Source of the DNA: an uncultured Lentisphaerales bacterium
GTDB taxonomy: Bacteria > Verrucomicrobiota > Kiritimatiellia > RFP12 > UBA3636
Length of the DNA: 64,000 nucleotides
Direction of reading: 5' to 3'
Assembly (NCBI GenBank): GCA_964553035.1
Contig: CAZKJH010000001.1
Span: 7,020 to 71,019, forward strand
Each line of letters opens with the position of its first letter. Position 1 is the first letter of the stretch. Shown here one piece after another: positions 19,909 to 29,132 of the stretch. The notes below the pieces were generated by a model. It did not search any database. It had not been told where the DNA came from and was given only the letters and a program-made list of their open reading frames with translations. A program made the translations under genes and the position numbers.

Positions 19909-20997
19909 TCAGAATTGGCGCCCGATATACAGGCTGAATTCGCCGCCGTCCAGATCGTATTTGACCTTGTCCGATCCTACATGCAGGGATGGATCACTGA
20001 AGAGTTGCTCCCAGCCGATGCTGGCTCCTGCAAACCAATTCTCGGTGATGAGGTAGTCCACTCCGGCGGTGAGCAGAATGCCGGGTACGATAGTCGTTTT
20101 GTGCCGATTATCCGTGCGAGAATCCACGAGCCTTGTCGTTCCCGATCGATTGATGAACGTGACATTTTCGGTTCGCTCCACGTCCATATCGACAAGTTCT
20201 AGAACAGCTTGTGGGGATGCATAGATGCTCAACCGATGCGTCAGTGGCATAAACAACTCGACACCGAGCAAGCCGCGGAAGTGCCAAAACTCACTCTCAA
20301 TCGCAATGCTGTCGACAAACGTTCCCTGATAAGACGAATGCAAGGATGAGGAAAGTGGTGTCGCAGGGATAATAGGTCCGGCGTCTGTCGCCGACCCATA
20401 TGTCCCCGAGTATGGCACATCCAAGGCATCATACGATCCACCAGCAGCCGAACCGTAATAGTCCAGATAAGTGTAGGTCTCCGTCATACGATACAGATTC
20501 TGTCCAGCCGAACGCCGAGTCTTCTGCGTGGTACTCGGGAACCAAGCCAGCCCGACCACGAGGTTCAGATCAAGAACTGTTCTGGCGTTTGCCATGTTGT
20601 TCGAGTCTCCGGCATCTGTCCACGAATACAGTTGGCGGCGTGCCTTAATCTCGATACCGTTCGATTCGAAATCGTCTTCCGAGTTGCCGCCTTTGATGTC
20701 TGTGATCGTACCAACTGACTCTCCCCGGTCTATATGATAGGTCAGCGTCGGGTTGACTCCCCCGTTATAGTTATACTGGCTAGCGTTGTCTACACCCCAA
20801 TTCCAAGTCATGCCGTAGCGCTCCGGATAAGGGCCGAAGAGCAAACCTGAGTCACCAGTCCACATGTCTGGACGCACATAGCCATCATCAAAATTCCGGT
20901 AAATGAATGCGGAACCATCGGGATACGTGAGCTCTATATCAGACCGTTGATTACGGGAACCGAGCAACAATGAGGGAGCCGGACCACTCACGGACAT
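19909..20997 (-). CDS. outer-membrane beta-barrel (porin-like) protein, C-terminal ...YIGRQF; lacks its own signal peptide
   Basis: Aromatic-rich alternating pattern and terminal Phe. It is in frame with the upstream signal-peptide ORF across a single TAA (see findings). Confidence 0.55.
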   Translation of the reverse strand: MSVSGPAPSLLLGSRNQRSDIELTYPDGSAFIYRNFDDGYVRPDMWTGDSGLLFGPYPERYGMTWNWGVDNASQYNYNGGVNPTLTYHIDRGESVGTITDIKGGNSEDDFESNGIEIKARRQLYSWTDAGDSNNMANARTVLDLNLVVGLAWFPSTTQKTRRSAGQNLYRMTETYTYLDYYGSAAGGSYDALDVPYSGTYGSATDAGPIIPATPLSSSLHSSYQGTFVDSIAIESEFWHFRGLLGVELFMPLTHRLSIYASPQAVLELVDMDVERTENVTFINRSGTTRLVDSRTDNRHKTTIVPGILLTAGVDYLITENWFAGASIGWEQLFSDPSLHVGSDKVKYDLDGGEFSLYIGRQF

Positions 20998-21006
20998 GCC
21001 ACGACC

Positions 21007-21186
21007 GAATTATGGCAAGAGTGATATCGCTTCTTGATGAGCAACTTCATCCCGTTCCTCTGATCTTACTTCAGCTCCTGTCGGCGGAGCTGATTCTAAC
21101 TGCGGATGCATGCAACCAGCCAGAGCCAACGAGCCAACCCCAGCGATCCCGACGATACTAAAAAATAGAACGCTTTTGATTTTCAT
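21007..21186 (-). CDS. 59-aa ORF encoding lipoprotein signal peptide + lipobox (LALAGC), in frame with downstream beta-barrel ORF
   Basis: Hand translation: MKIKSVLFFSIVGIAGVGSLALAGCMHPQ...; below the 60-aa track threshold. Confidence 0.45.
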
Positions 21187-21340
21187 TAGTATTCTCCTCT
21201 TACTTATGATTGACGTGATAAACCCTTGTCCAAGGATTGTATCTGGTGTCTTTTTATGTGCCTGATTCTACGCAAAAGGAAGTATGCCCACTATGGGGTC
21301 AAACCCTACACCGGAGCAACCTGAAGTTACAGGCAAGTGG
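21187..21340 (-). repeat. copy 1 of a ~150-bp duplicated promoter/5'-leader (contains TAGAAT box and AGGAGA SD)
   Basis: ~97% identical to 21910-22063; abuts the start codon. Confidence 0.8.
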
Positions 21341-21372
21341 TGTTGCTCCCGTGAGTGCCCCATCGTTGAAAC

Positions 21373-21909
21373 TTAGAACCTCCAGTTAAGGAAAACCATG
21401 CCGGGTGCCAACCCGTCGGGCAGATCGTCGAACCAATTATTTTGAGGCAGAATATTGATAAGACCAATCTGCACTCCGTTATCCGCTGTATCGGCAAAGT
21501 TAACGACTCCGAACTGCAATCCGGTCAGATGACCCGCATAGTTCACCCAGCCTGATTGAAGGCCTCTCATTGAACCCTCTGTGTAGTTGACGAACCCAGC
21601 TTGCCAGCCGAGGAAATCACCTGTGTTGTAATTGACCGGTGCCCACTGCACACCCCTATAGGAATCGGCATAATTGAGGAGGATGCCCCAGCTCACGCCT
21701 ACGCTGTCGCCTGTAGAGCCGTTCACAATGCCCAAGGCCAGCGCCTTCTGCGGATTCTCACCCCAGAGGCTGAGCGCCAGCCCGTTGACCTCCTCGTTTC
21801 GGTCGAATAGGGCGGCATCTGGGGTAATGCTAACCTGAATGGGCGTACTGGCCATCGCGCTGCTCGCGCCGATGATCACGGTCGCTAGAACTGCTAATGT
21901 TTTTTTCAT
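21373..21909 (-). CDS. secreted small repeat protein (GxQxGxVNY repeats), probable small outer-membrane beta-barrel, C-terminal WRF
   Basis: Signal peptide MKKTLAVLATVIIGASSAMA; ~6 degenerate 18-20-aa repeats; terminal Phe. Confidence 0.5.
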   Translation of the reverse strand: MKKTLAVLATVIIGASSAMASTPIQVSITPDAALFDRNEEVNGLALSLWGENPQKALALGIVNGSTGDSVGVSWGILLNYADSYRGVQWAPVNYNTGDFLGWQAGFVNYTEGSMRGLQSGWVNYAGHLTGLQFGVVNFADTADNGVQIGLINILPQNNWFDDLPDGLAPGMVFLNWRF

Positions 21910-22063
21910 GATGTATTCTCCTCTTACTTATGATTGACGTGATAAACCCTTGTCCAAGGATTGTATCTGGTGTCTTTTTATGTGCCTGATTCTACGCAAA
22001 AGGAAGTATGCCCGCTATGGGGTCAAACCCTACACCGGAGCAACCTGTAGTTACAGTACAGGA
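21910..22063 (-). repeat. copy 2 of the ~150-bp duplicated promoter/5'-leader
   Basis: Direct repeat of 21187-21340. Confidence 0.8.
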
Positions 22064-22204
22064 TTTCTTGAAGTGCGTCCCCTGATTTTCTCTTTGATTT
22101 TCTCTGGAGACAACTGGAAAATAGTCTGGCGAGAAAACGACGGGCACTCACAAGACAACGGAATCAACTCAGATTTCCCGAGAACTCAGGAAGTCTGAGG
22201 GTAG

Positions 22205-22780
22205 TCAATTGCACATGGCAACAAGGTCAACCATGTCGACGGTATTCCAACCGGGTTGCTTGAGCAGATGCAGGAGCAGTGTTGCGCAGGCAACGGCATC
22301 GTAAAGCGCATCGTGCGCGGCGCGACCGGGGCAGCGTGATGACACGGCTCCACCGAGCTTGAATACGGCAAGCAAATCCTCAAGTGCATACGACGGCAGA
22401 CCCGGCCAGGCGGCACGCGACAGCGTGAGTGTATCCACCCACGGTTCCAGCACATGCAGGGGCGATGCCGTGCCGAGAACCGAACGTTCCGTCCCGACGT
22501 TGTGCGCTACCAGCACAGAGCCTACCAACCTGGGCGTAATCACGCGCCAAAGTTCTTGCATTGTCGGAGCAATCGCAATTTTAGGGCGGAGCTGAGCATG
22601 ACGTCCCGGTGCATATTTATTGAAGGGTCGCTCGCCCACATTGATGAGACTATCAAAAAGCTCCTCACCGATCTCCCCTCGACAAATCGGTGCCAACCCG
22701 ATCTGCCACGGTTCATTTCGGTAGCCTGGCACAGACCCGGTTGTCTCGAAGTCTAGGGCAACGGCATTGAGGCATGTCAT
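22205..22780 (-). CDS. DEDD-family 3'-5' exonuclease (DnaQ/epsilon-like)
   Basis: ALDFETTG (Exo I), HNVGTERSVL (Exo II) and HDALYDA (Exo III, DEDDh) motifs. Confidence 0.65.
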   Translation of the reverse strand: MTCLNAVALDFETTGSVPGYRNEPWQIGLAPICRGEIGEELFDSLINVGERPFNKYAPGRHAQLRPKIAIAPTMQELWRVITPRLVGSVLVAHNVGTERSVLGTASPLHVLEPWVDTLTLSRAAWPGLPSYALEDLLAVFKLGGAVSSRCPGRAAHDALYDAVACATLLLHLLKQPGWNTVDMVDLVAMCN

Positions 22781-22784
22781 CGAA

Positions 22785-23834
22785 TCAAGGTTCCAGAATA
22801 TGCATCCAGATGGAAGCTTTTCCTAAGCGAATCCGCGCTTCAACGCTTGTGCCCGGCGGAATAACTTCGCCTTCGAGATCGAGGTCGCAATAGACGACGC
22901 GATAGTTGTTCCCGCCATCGCCTTCGACAACGGGGCGCATAAAGGCGACCTTGCCAGGGAAGCGGCGGGGAATGATGGTCTTGTGGGTGCCAAGGCGCGC
23001 CTGCACACCTTGTCCCACCTTCACGCGAGCGGCATAGCGCTCGGACACGCGGATCTTCATCGTATTGACTTCGCCAACGAAAATTTCAAAGAGAACCATG
23101 TCCGGACGAATCACTTCGCCGGGATAGAACGTGTAACGCATCACACGACCCGCTATCGGCGCGAGGATCGTGCGTTGTTCCATCGCCACCCTCGTCCGTT
23201 CGGCCACTTCGCGTAGTGATTCAACCTTCTGGCGTAGCATCAGCAGTTGCTTTTGCACAACCGTCATGTCGATTTCCTTGAGTGCCCTCAGCGACTCCTC
23301 ACTTTTACTCACGGCAAATTCATCGTTGGAAAGCTGGCGACCCGAGGTCAAGGATTTTTCAAAAAGCTGGCGTGTCATCTCAAGACTTTTGCGGGAATGT
23401 TCGAGCTCCATTTCAGCAGCCTTGACTGAATTTTGATGCCGGACCAACGCATCAACCGCTTCGACTTCCCGGTAGGCAATTTCTGCTTCGGCTTCAGCCA
23501 CCTTGGCCTTGGCCTCATCGTACACAGCCTTCTCTGTCCTGTCATCCAGTCGCATCAGAACATCGCCAGCCTGAACTTCGTCGCCAGAGGAATGCACAAT
23601 TTCTGCCACACGTCCTTCAATGGTAGAACGCACCTCAGCATAACCAGTCGTCGTTGAATAGCCGTTCGCGTAGGCATACTTCGGAAGCTGAATGAACTGG
23701 CCACTCAGACCGATCACAGTCAATATGATCAGCAGTGCTTGAAGAATACGCATCCGCTTGCTCTTCCTCTCGAAAGCGGTGTCAGGCGGTTTCTGTCCTG
23801 TTGTCGTTCTAATGTCTCCCATAACCCGTTCCAT
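22785..23834 (-). CDS. HlyD-family periplasmic adaptor (membrane fusion protein)
   Basis: Single N-terminal TM, long coiled coil, biotin-lipoyl-like and beta-barrel regions. Confidence 0.6.
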   Translation of the reverse strand: MERVMGDIRTTTGQKPPDTAFERKSKRMRILQALLIILTVIGLSGQFIQLPKYAYANGYSTTTGYAEVRSTIEGRVAEIVHSSGDEVQAGDVLMRLDDRTEKAVYDEAKAKVAEAEAEIAYREVEAVDALVRHQNSVKAAEMELEHSRKSLEMTRQLFEKSLTSGRQLSNDEFAVSKSEESLRALKEIDMTVVQKQLLMLRQKVESLREVAERTRVAMEQRTILAPIAGRVMRYTFYPGEVIRPDMVLFEIFVGEVNTMKIRVSERYAARVKVGQGVQARLGTHKTIIPRRFPGKVAFMRPVVEGDGGNNYRVVYCDLDLEGEVIPPGTSVEARIRLGKASIWMHILEP

Positions 23835-23837
23835 CTC

Positions 23838-24647
23838 CTATTTCTGGACTTTCAAAAAATCTTTTGGTAGTGCGCGCATGCCGTTTGCTTCGCCGCGGTA
23901 GCGCTTCACGCACAAGTTGCACGTATCGCAATCACGTTCATAGCAGTTGCGGTGTATTCGTGATGGATACATTTTTCGGAACGCCTCATAGCAGTCATCG
24001 CTACATAAACAGTAGCGCTCTTGAGTCGTACCGAAAGCGGCCTGAACAAGATGAAAGCCATCGGCGTCCGGATCGGTATCTTTACCACACCAGCCACAGG
24101 CAATGCTCATGCGGTCGCGAAGGCTACGCTCACGCTCCTTGAGTTCCGCATCGCTCCAGACATATTCAACCCAAAGCACGGCATGGGGTGGAAATGTGGC
24201 AAAAACTGTTTCTCCGCGCAATAAAATAATCACGCCATCCTTAACCGTGTAGGCGGAATCACCATCCACGGGCTCCCCTCCTCCTATGAGGTGTACTTTC
24301 ACACCGCCAGTTTTTGGGGTAGACCACGAACTCCAGCCGCAGGAATCACAAACTGACACAAAAAGATGTTGCCGTAAGGCATCGCCGCATTGTGGACAGC
24401 GTCCGCGCTGCAAAATGTGAAGACGTTTCAGCGAATGTTCAGCGGCCGATCTGACTTCTTTTGCAGCCGTCTTCTGAGAACGCTCTACCATGTTATCTTC
24501 GCTGATAACGCGTAGATCTTCCTCTAGTCTTTCCTGGTCTTGATCCTGAAAAAGAATATCGGATGGGATGCCCGCAAGCGTATCAGTTGGTGTTGCAAGC
24601 GGTGTACTGTCTCTAGCAAATAATTTTTTCAATGCTTCAAAAGCCAT
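23838..24647 (-). CDS. soluble Cys-rich protein: zinc ribbon (CPQCG...CDSCGW) + TRASH/YHS-like metal-binding domain (CGWCGK...YCLCSDDCYEAF) + C-terminal CxxxxCxxC cluster
   Basis: Motifs read directly; no TM segment; sits between the tolC-like and hlyD-like genes with 3-4 nt spacing. Confidence 0.45.
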   Translation of the reverse strand: MAFEALKKLFARDSTPLATPTDTLAGIPSDILFQDQDQERLEEDLRVISEDNMVERSQKTAAKEVRSAAEHSLKRLHILQRGRCPQCGDALRQHLFVSVCDSCGWSSWSTPKTGGVKVHLIGGGEPVDGDSAYTVKDGVIILLRGETVFATFPPHAVLWVEYVWSDAELKERERSLRDRMSIACGWCGKDTDPDADGFHLVQAAFGTTQERYCLCSDDCYEAFRKMYPSRIHRNCYERDCDTCNLCVKRYRGEANGMRALPKDFLKVQK

Positions 24648-24650
24648 TGT

Positions 24651-26234
24651 TCACTCTCCTTCCTTCTCTGCCGATACTTCCTCATAGCGCACTTCCTGCG
24701 AAGCGATGATACCAACAGGATTTTGTCCCGCAGCATAAACCAACTGCACCAGTGCATCGGCAACCGTTCCGGCAACAGAAATGCCGCGTCGGGTTGCTGA
24801 TGTTAAATCTTTCTGAGCGTCGAGCACATTTCGGCTCGTCCCTTCACCGAGATTAAAACGTGATTCTTCGGAGGCCAGCGTCTGGCGGGCCTCCTCAATG
24901 GCAGAAGAGGCCAGTTCGAGTCTTCCACAAGCACTCGCAAATACGGTGTGCGCCCGCGCCAGTGAAGCGAGAACTTCATTCTGGACAACCTGCAATTCCG
25001 CTAAAGCCGCTTCCATTCCTGCCTTCGCTACGGCGACATCAGACCGGACACCGCGCTTATCCAGTGATCGCTTCCAGAGTATCCCGACCTCAAAAACTTC
25101 ATTATTGCTTGACTCGATCGCATCTCTGCCCACGAATCCTGAATCGGTCTCGCCACGCCACCCAAAGCCCGCAGAAACATCGAGCGAATCCTTTGCTTTT
25201 TCCATTGCCAGCGACAACTCGGTTCTTGCGGCTTCAAACGTCGCCAGAGCGGAAAGACAAAGGGGATGGCGTTGCAGGACTTCATCAGACGAGAAGGCAA
25301 GCTCTCTGAACTCGGTGATGGCCGCCGCCATCGAAAGAATCGCATTCGTTGCGTTCGCGGACGTCAGCACAACCGAGCTGCCCGCCGCTTGAAGTCCCAA
25401 CCGCTCGCGGAGCGTTTCGAGTCCTGACGCGACATTCTGTTGCGCTTCCTGCAATTCTTCTTTGCGCAAAGCAACCTCATACTTCGTCGGAAAAACCTGA
25501 TAGCCAGCAACGTCCTTCAGCTCGGCCCGTTGAGACGTCTGCTCATAGAGTTTTTCCGCACGCCGGACGGCACTCTCAACAGCCTGCTTGTCGGAGATGC
25601 CGCGCAGATAGCCAATCCAAGCCAGAAGAGCATCGCGCCCAACAACACACTGCATATTTTCGCGTTCAGCAGAATCAATCAGAGCCATCGCCTGCAGCTT
25701 CGAAAATTCGTGACGATGGAGACCGTACTTGAAGTCACGTAAGAGCGGCATTCGAGCTCTTGCTCCGACCGCGGTTTGGCGGAGATCGGAACCGTTCCCA
25801 GAGTCCGATTCGGTCAGCACCCGTTCGGCTGCACCGGCACCTGCGTAGATTCCCCCGCCAACCGGTGCCTCAACACCGCCACTGAACGTCACCGCATCGG
25901 CAGGAGACACGCGTGAAAGTGAAATTCCTTGCATGTCGTCTGGACCCTTTGCGTAACCTGTAGAGGCACTCAGCACGGGTGAGTTGAAAAAATAACCAAG
26001 ACCATCAGCACGGTAGCCTGAAGCCTGCTCTCGCATCTTAGCGGCCATGACGGATGGATGCAACTCGACAGCAGTGACAACATGGGTTGCAAAAACAGCA
26101 TCGAATGTACTGGGAACGACGACCGGCAGGGCAAGAGAATCCATGGCCCCAAGAGCAAACAGGACAAAAACCGCCGATAGGCGCTGGAAAGCGCGATATC
26201 CATTAACTCTCAGTTCATCAGGTATGGGAATCAT
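24651..26234 (-). CDS. TolC-like outer-membrane efflux protein (OEP family)
   Basis: Two OEP repeats, RFNLGEGTSRNVLDAQKDL motif; 527 aa. Confidence 0.6.
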   Translation of the reverse strand: MIPIPDELRVNGYRAFQRLSAVFVLFALGAMDSLALPVVVPSTFDAVFATHVVTAVELHPSVMAAKMREQASGYRADGLGYFFNSPVLSASTGYAKGPDDMQGISLSRVSPADAVTFSGGVEAPVGGGIYAGAGAAERVLTESDSGNGSDLRQTAVGARARMPLLRDFKYGLHRHEFSKLQAMALIDSAERENMQCVVGRDALLAWIGYLRGISDKQAVESAVRRAEKLYEQTSQRAELKDVAGYQVFPTKYEVALRKEELQEAQQNVASGLETLRERLGLQAAGSSVVLTSANATNAILSMAAAITEFRELAFSSDEVLQRHPLCLSALATFEAARTELSLAMEKAKDSLDVSAGFGWRGETDSGFVGRDAIESSNNEVFEVGILWKRSLDKRGVRSDVAVAKAGMEAALAELQVVQNEVLASLARAHTVFASACGRLELASSAIEEARQTLASEESRFNLGEGTSRNVLDAQKDLTSATRRGISVAGTVADALVQLVYAAGQNPVGIIASQEVRYEEVSAEKEGE

Positions 26235-26369
26235 ATCTCGTTAGGGGAAGTTGGGTGAAGCAAAACGGTCGTGCAGTCCAAAACTAAACCTTATTCTCGC
26301 TGCGTAATGAAGAGTAGGATGTTCTATTCCCATAAATGAAGCAAGCCCAAAATGTAACCTTGAATAGAA

Positions 26370-27860
26370 TTAACCTTCTATATTTGCCAACATCGCGTTA
26401 ACAGCGGCGGCCGCACGACGTCCCTCGCCCATAGCAAGAATAACCGTTGCGGCACCAAGAACGATGTCGCCACCAGCAAAAACGCCTGGCATTGAGGTCT
26501 CGTTCTTCTCATCTACGAGGATGCGGCCCCATTTATCCACTTGGATTTCAGGTGTCGTGGTAGCAATAAGCGGATTCGATTCGTTGCCGATCGCGATGAT
26601 CACGCTGTCGACCTCGATCATGAACTCGCTGCCCTTAATCGCAACAGGGCGACGACGGCCACTGGCATCGGGCTCGCCTAGCTCATAACGGATGCACTCG
26701 ATCCCCGTCACCACATCCTGATCATCTCCTAAAATCCTGACGGCATTCTGGAGTAATCTGAACTCAACGCCTTCTTCCTTGGCATGATGAACTTCCTCCA
26801 AACGGGCGGGCATTTCAGCCTCCGTACGACGGTAAATGAGATAAACCTTCTCTGCTCCGAGACGGCGTGCCGTGCGAGCTGCGTCCATGGCTACGTTGCC
26901 ACCGCCGAGAACGGCAACACGCTTGCCGCGATAAATCGGCGTGTCGGCACGATCCGTGTCATACGCCTTCATCAGGTTGGCGCGCGTCAGATACTCATTG
27001 GCAGAGAACACGCCAACGAAACTTTCGCCAGGAATATCCATGAACGTCGGAAGTCCTGCACCGGTACCAACAAACATGGCGGAATAACCATCAAGCTCCA
27101 ATAGCTTCTTCAAAGGACGGGAACGTCCAACGACGAAATTCGTACGAATCTCGACACCCATTTCGCGGAGCGTGTCGATTTCTGCTTCCACAATATCCTT
27201 CGGCAGACGAAACTCAGGAATGCCGTACATCAAAACACCGCCTGGCTTCTGGAAGGCTTCGAATAACGTGACCTCATGCCCTTCGCGGCGCACATCCACA
27301 GCGAAGGTGATTGAGGCGGGTCCCCCACCGACAACGGCAACCTTCTTACCCGTTGCCGGCTTCACGGCAAGCGGAACGGACTTTCCGGATTCACGCTCAA
27401 GATCAGCAGCATAACGCTCCAAGCGTCCGATGGCGACGCCCTCTTCCACGTTCTTCTTGATCTTGCCCAGCGTGCAGTGCAACATACACTGCACCTCTTG
27501 CGGACAGACTCGCCCACAGACAGCCGGAAGTAAACTATTCTTTTTAATAATGGCAATCGCATCGGCATCGCGAGCCTCCGCAATGGCCTTAATAAAGCCC
27601 GGGATATCGATCGCCACAGGACACCCTGCCACGCAGGGCTGGTTCGTACACTGCAGGCAGCGCATCGCCTCAACGCGAGCCATGGCCTGCGTATAGCCCA
27701 ACGCCACTTCGTTCGTATTGCACACACGAGCCGCAGCGCTTTGCGTGGGCATTTCCTGCTGCGGAATGGCAATGCGATCCTTCGGCATGAGCTTTTCCTT
27801 CGCCATCACCTCAAAGAGAATTTCGACAGCCTTCGCATTGAGTGCCTCTTTTGAAATCAT
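26370..27860 (-). CDS. nfnB: NADPH-dependent glutamate-synthase small-chain homolog / NfnB-type FAD oxidoreductase with two [4Fe-4S] clusters
   Basis: CLQCTNQPCVAGCP and CGRVCPQEVQC cluster motifs; GGGPAS and GGGNVAMD Rossmann motifs. Start set at the ATG (MISKEALNA) that forms an ATGA overlap with the nfnA stop. Confidence 0.6.
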   Translation of the reverse strand: MISKEALNAKAVEILFEVMAKEKLMPKDRIAIPQQEMPTQSAAARVCNTNEVALGYTQAMARVEAMRCLQCTNQPCVAGCPVAIDIPGFIKAIAEARDADAIAIIKKNSLLPAVCGRVCPQEVQCMLHCTLGKIKKNVEEGVAIGRLERYAADLERESGKSVPLAVKPATGKKVAVVGGGPASITFAVDVRREGHEVTLFEAFQKPGGVLMYGIPEFRLPKDIVEAEIDTLREMGVEIRTNFVVGRSRPLKKLLELDGYSAMFVGTGAGLPTFMDIPGESFVGVFSANEYLTRANLMKAYDTDRADTPIYRGKRVAVLGGGNVAMDAARTARRLGAEKVYLIYRRTEAEMPARLEEVHHAKEEGVEFRLLQNAVRILGDDQDVVTGIECIRYELGEPDASGRRRPVAIKGSEFMIEVDSVIIAIGNESNPLIATTTPEIQVDKWGRILVDEKNETSMPGVFAGGDIVLGAATVILAMGEGRRAAAAVNAMLANIEG

Positions 27861-28732
27861 GACTTCTTCTCCAACTCTTGAGCCGCCTTGTCGAGATTGC
27901 AAACATGAGGTGCATGGAAGGACTCGTGCGCCTTCGTCTCCGCCCCCTTATAAGCTTTCATCCGCTTCATCATGTTATCAAAATCTACCTTATGTCCGTC
28001 GAACTCGGGACCATCAACGCAAACAAACTTCGTTTCGTCGCCAACGGTCACACGACACCCACCGCACATCCCCGTTCCATCAACCATGATGGTATTCAGC
28101 GAAACTACGGTCGAAATGCCGAAGGGTCTTGTTGTTTCAGCGCAAAATTTCATCATGATGGGAGGCCCAATCGCAACCACCTGATTCGGAGGCGTACTGG
28201 ATGCGCACATTTCCTTGAGCGGAACCGTCACGAGATCCTTACGACCATACGAACCGTCATCCGTGCAAATCACGACCTCGTCGGCCACCGTGCGCATCTC
28301 CTTTTCGAAAATGACAAGATCCTTGTTGCGAGCACCGATGATCACGGTCACGTGATTGCCGGCAACCTTTTGCGCTTCGACGATCGGAAAGAGAGGCGCG
28401 ACGCCGATGCCGCCACCAACCGCAACGACGCGACCGACCTTACCAACATGCGTGGGTCGCCCCAGCGGTCCGAGAACAGCCGCCACATGATCGCCGACAC
28501 CGAGAGCGGCGAGCTTATGCGTCGTGGCACCAACCGTCTGAAAAACGATCGTAATAGTCCCTGTTTCCTTATTCGCATTGGCAATGGTCAGAGGAATCCT
28601 CTCGCCAAAATTTTCATCGACTTGGAGGATGATGAACTGCCCTGCCTTGCGTTCCTCGGCAATATGAGGAACGGCGATCACCATCTGCCATACCTCGTTA
28701 GAAAGTTGTCTTTTCTCTAGAATTTTGTTCAT
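27857..28732 (-). CDS. nfnA: NfnA / sulfide dehydrogenase beta-type subunit (FAD/NAD-binding, 2Fe-2S; PyrK-like)
   Basis: PyrK-like ferredoxin-reductase fold; C-terminal CGGCRV...C cluster motif. Confidence 0.6.
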   Translation of the reverse strand: MNKILEKRQLSNEVWQMVIAVPHIAEERKAGQFIILQVDENFGERIPLTIANANKETGTITIVFQTVGATTHKLAALGVGDHVAAVLGPLGRPTHVGKVGRVVAVGGGIGVAPLFPIVEAQKVAGNHVTVIIGARNKDLVIFEKEMRTVADEVVICTDDGSYGRKDLVTVPLKEMCASSTPPNQVVAIGPPIMMKFCAETTRPFGISTVVSLNTIMVDGTGMCGGCRVTVGDETKFVCVDGPEFDGHKVDFDNMMKRMKAYKGAETKAHESFHAPHVCNLDKAAQELEKKS

Positions 28733-28818
28733 TTTCCTAATGTCTGAAGAACGCGTGTTTTACACGCGGTCTAATTTCTCATACTATCATGCAGGAGCAA
28801 TCCTGAGGAAGCGGCAAA

Positions 28819-29040
28819 CTAAACCACGCGTTCAACCGTGATTTCGGGATCGATTTCAGTCTTAAGCGACTCTTCAATATAGCCCTTGAGTGTGGACACC
28901 GCATGAGGGCATGAGCCACAAGCGCCTCGAAGCCTTAGCATAACGGTCTTGCCTGCAATCTCAACGATTTCACAATCGCCACCATCGCTCTGAAGCATTT
29001 TTCGTAGAAATTCAACCTTTGCTCTAATTTTCTCTTCCAC
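28819..29040 (-). CDS. NifU-like (Nfu-type) Fe-S cluster scaffold domain protein
   Basis: 73 aa with the GACGSCPHA motif. Confidence 0.55.
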   Translation of the reverse strand: MEEKIRAKVEFLRKMLQSDGGDCEIVEIAGKTVMLRLRGACGSCPHAVSTLKGYIEESLKTEIDPEITVERVV

Positions 29041-29132
29041 TTTCTAAAAACTCCCCTGAGAGGCCGTGTGGCCTAGGTTTTGAAAACATTCTAAAGCAGA
29101 CACCCGATTCTGCAACTACGGCTGGAAAAGGT

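Noticed and set aside
21915-22063. Possible sigma-54 (-24/-12) promoter in the duplicated leader (GGGCATACTTCCTTTTGCG)
   Set aside because: The GG-to-GC spacing is 15-16 nt rather than the required 10-nt gap. A TAGAAT -10-like box is a better fit.
28740-28790. Hairpin ACGCGTG-TTTTA-CACGCG between the nifU-like and nfnA genes as a Rho-independent terminator
   Set aside because: No T-run follows it on the transcribed (minus) strand; it is more likely a small operator or simply a stable stem. Left unannotated.
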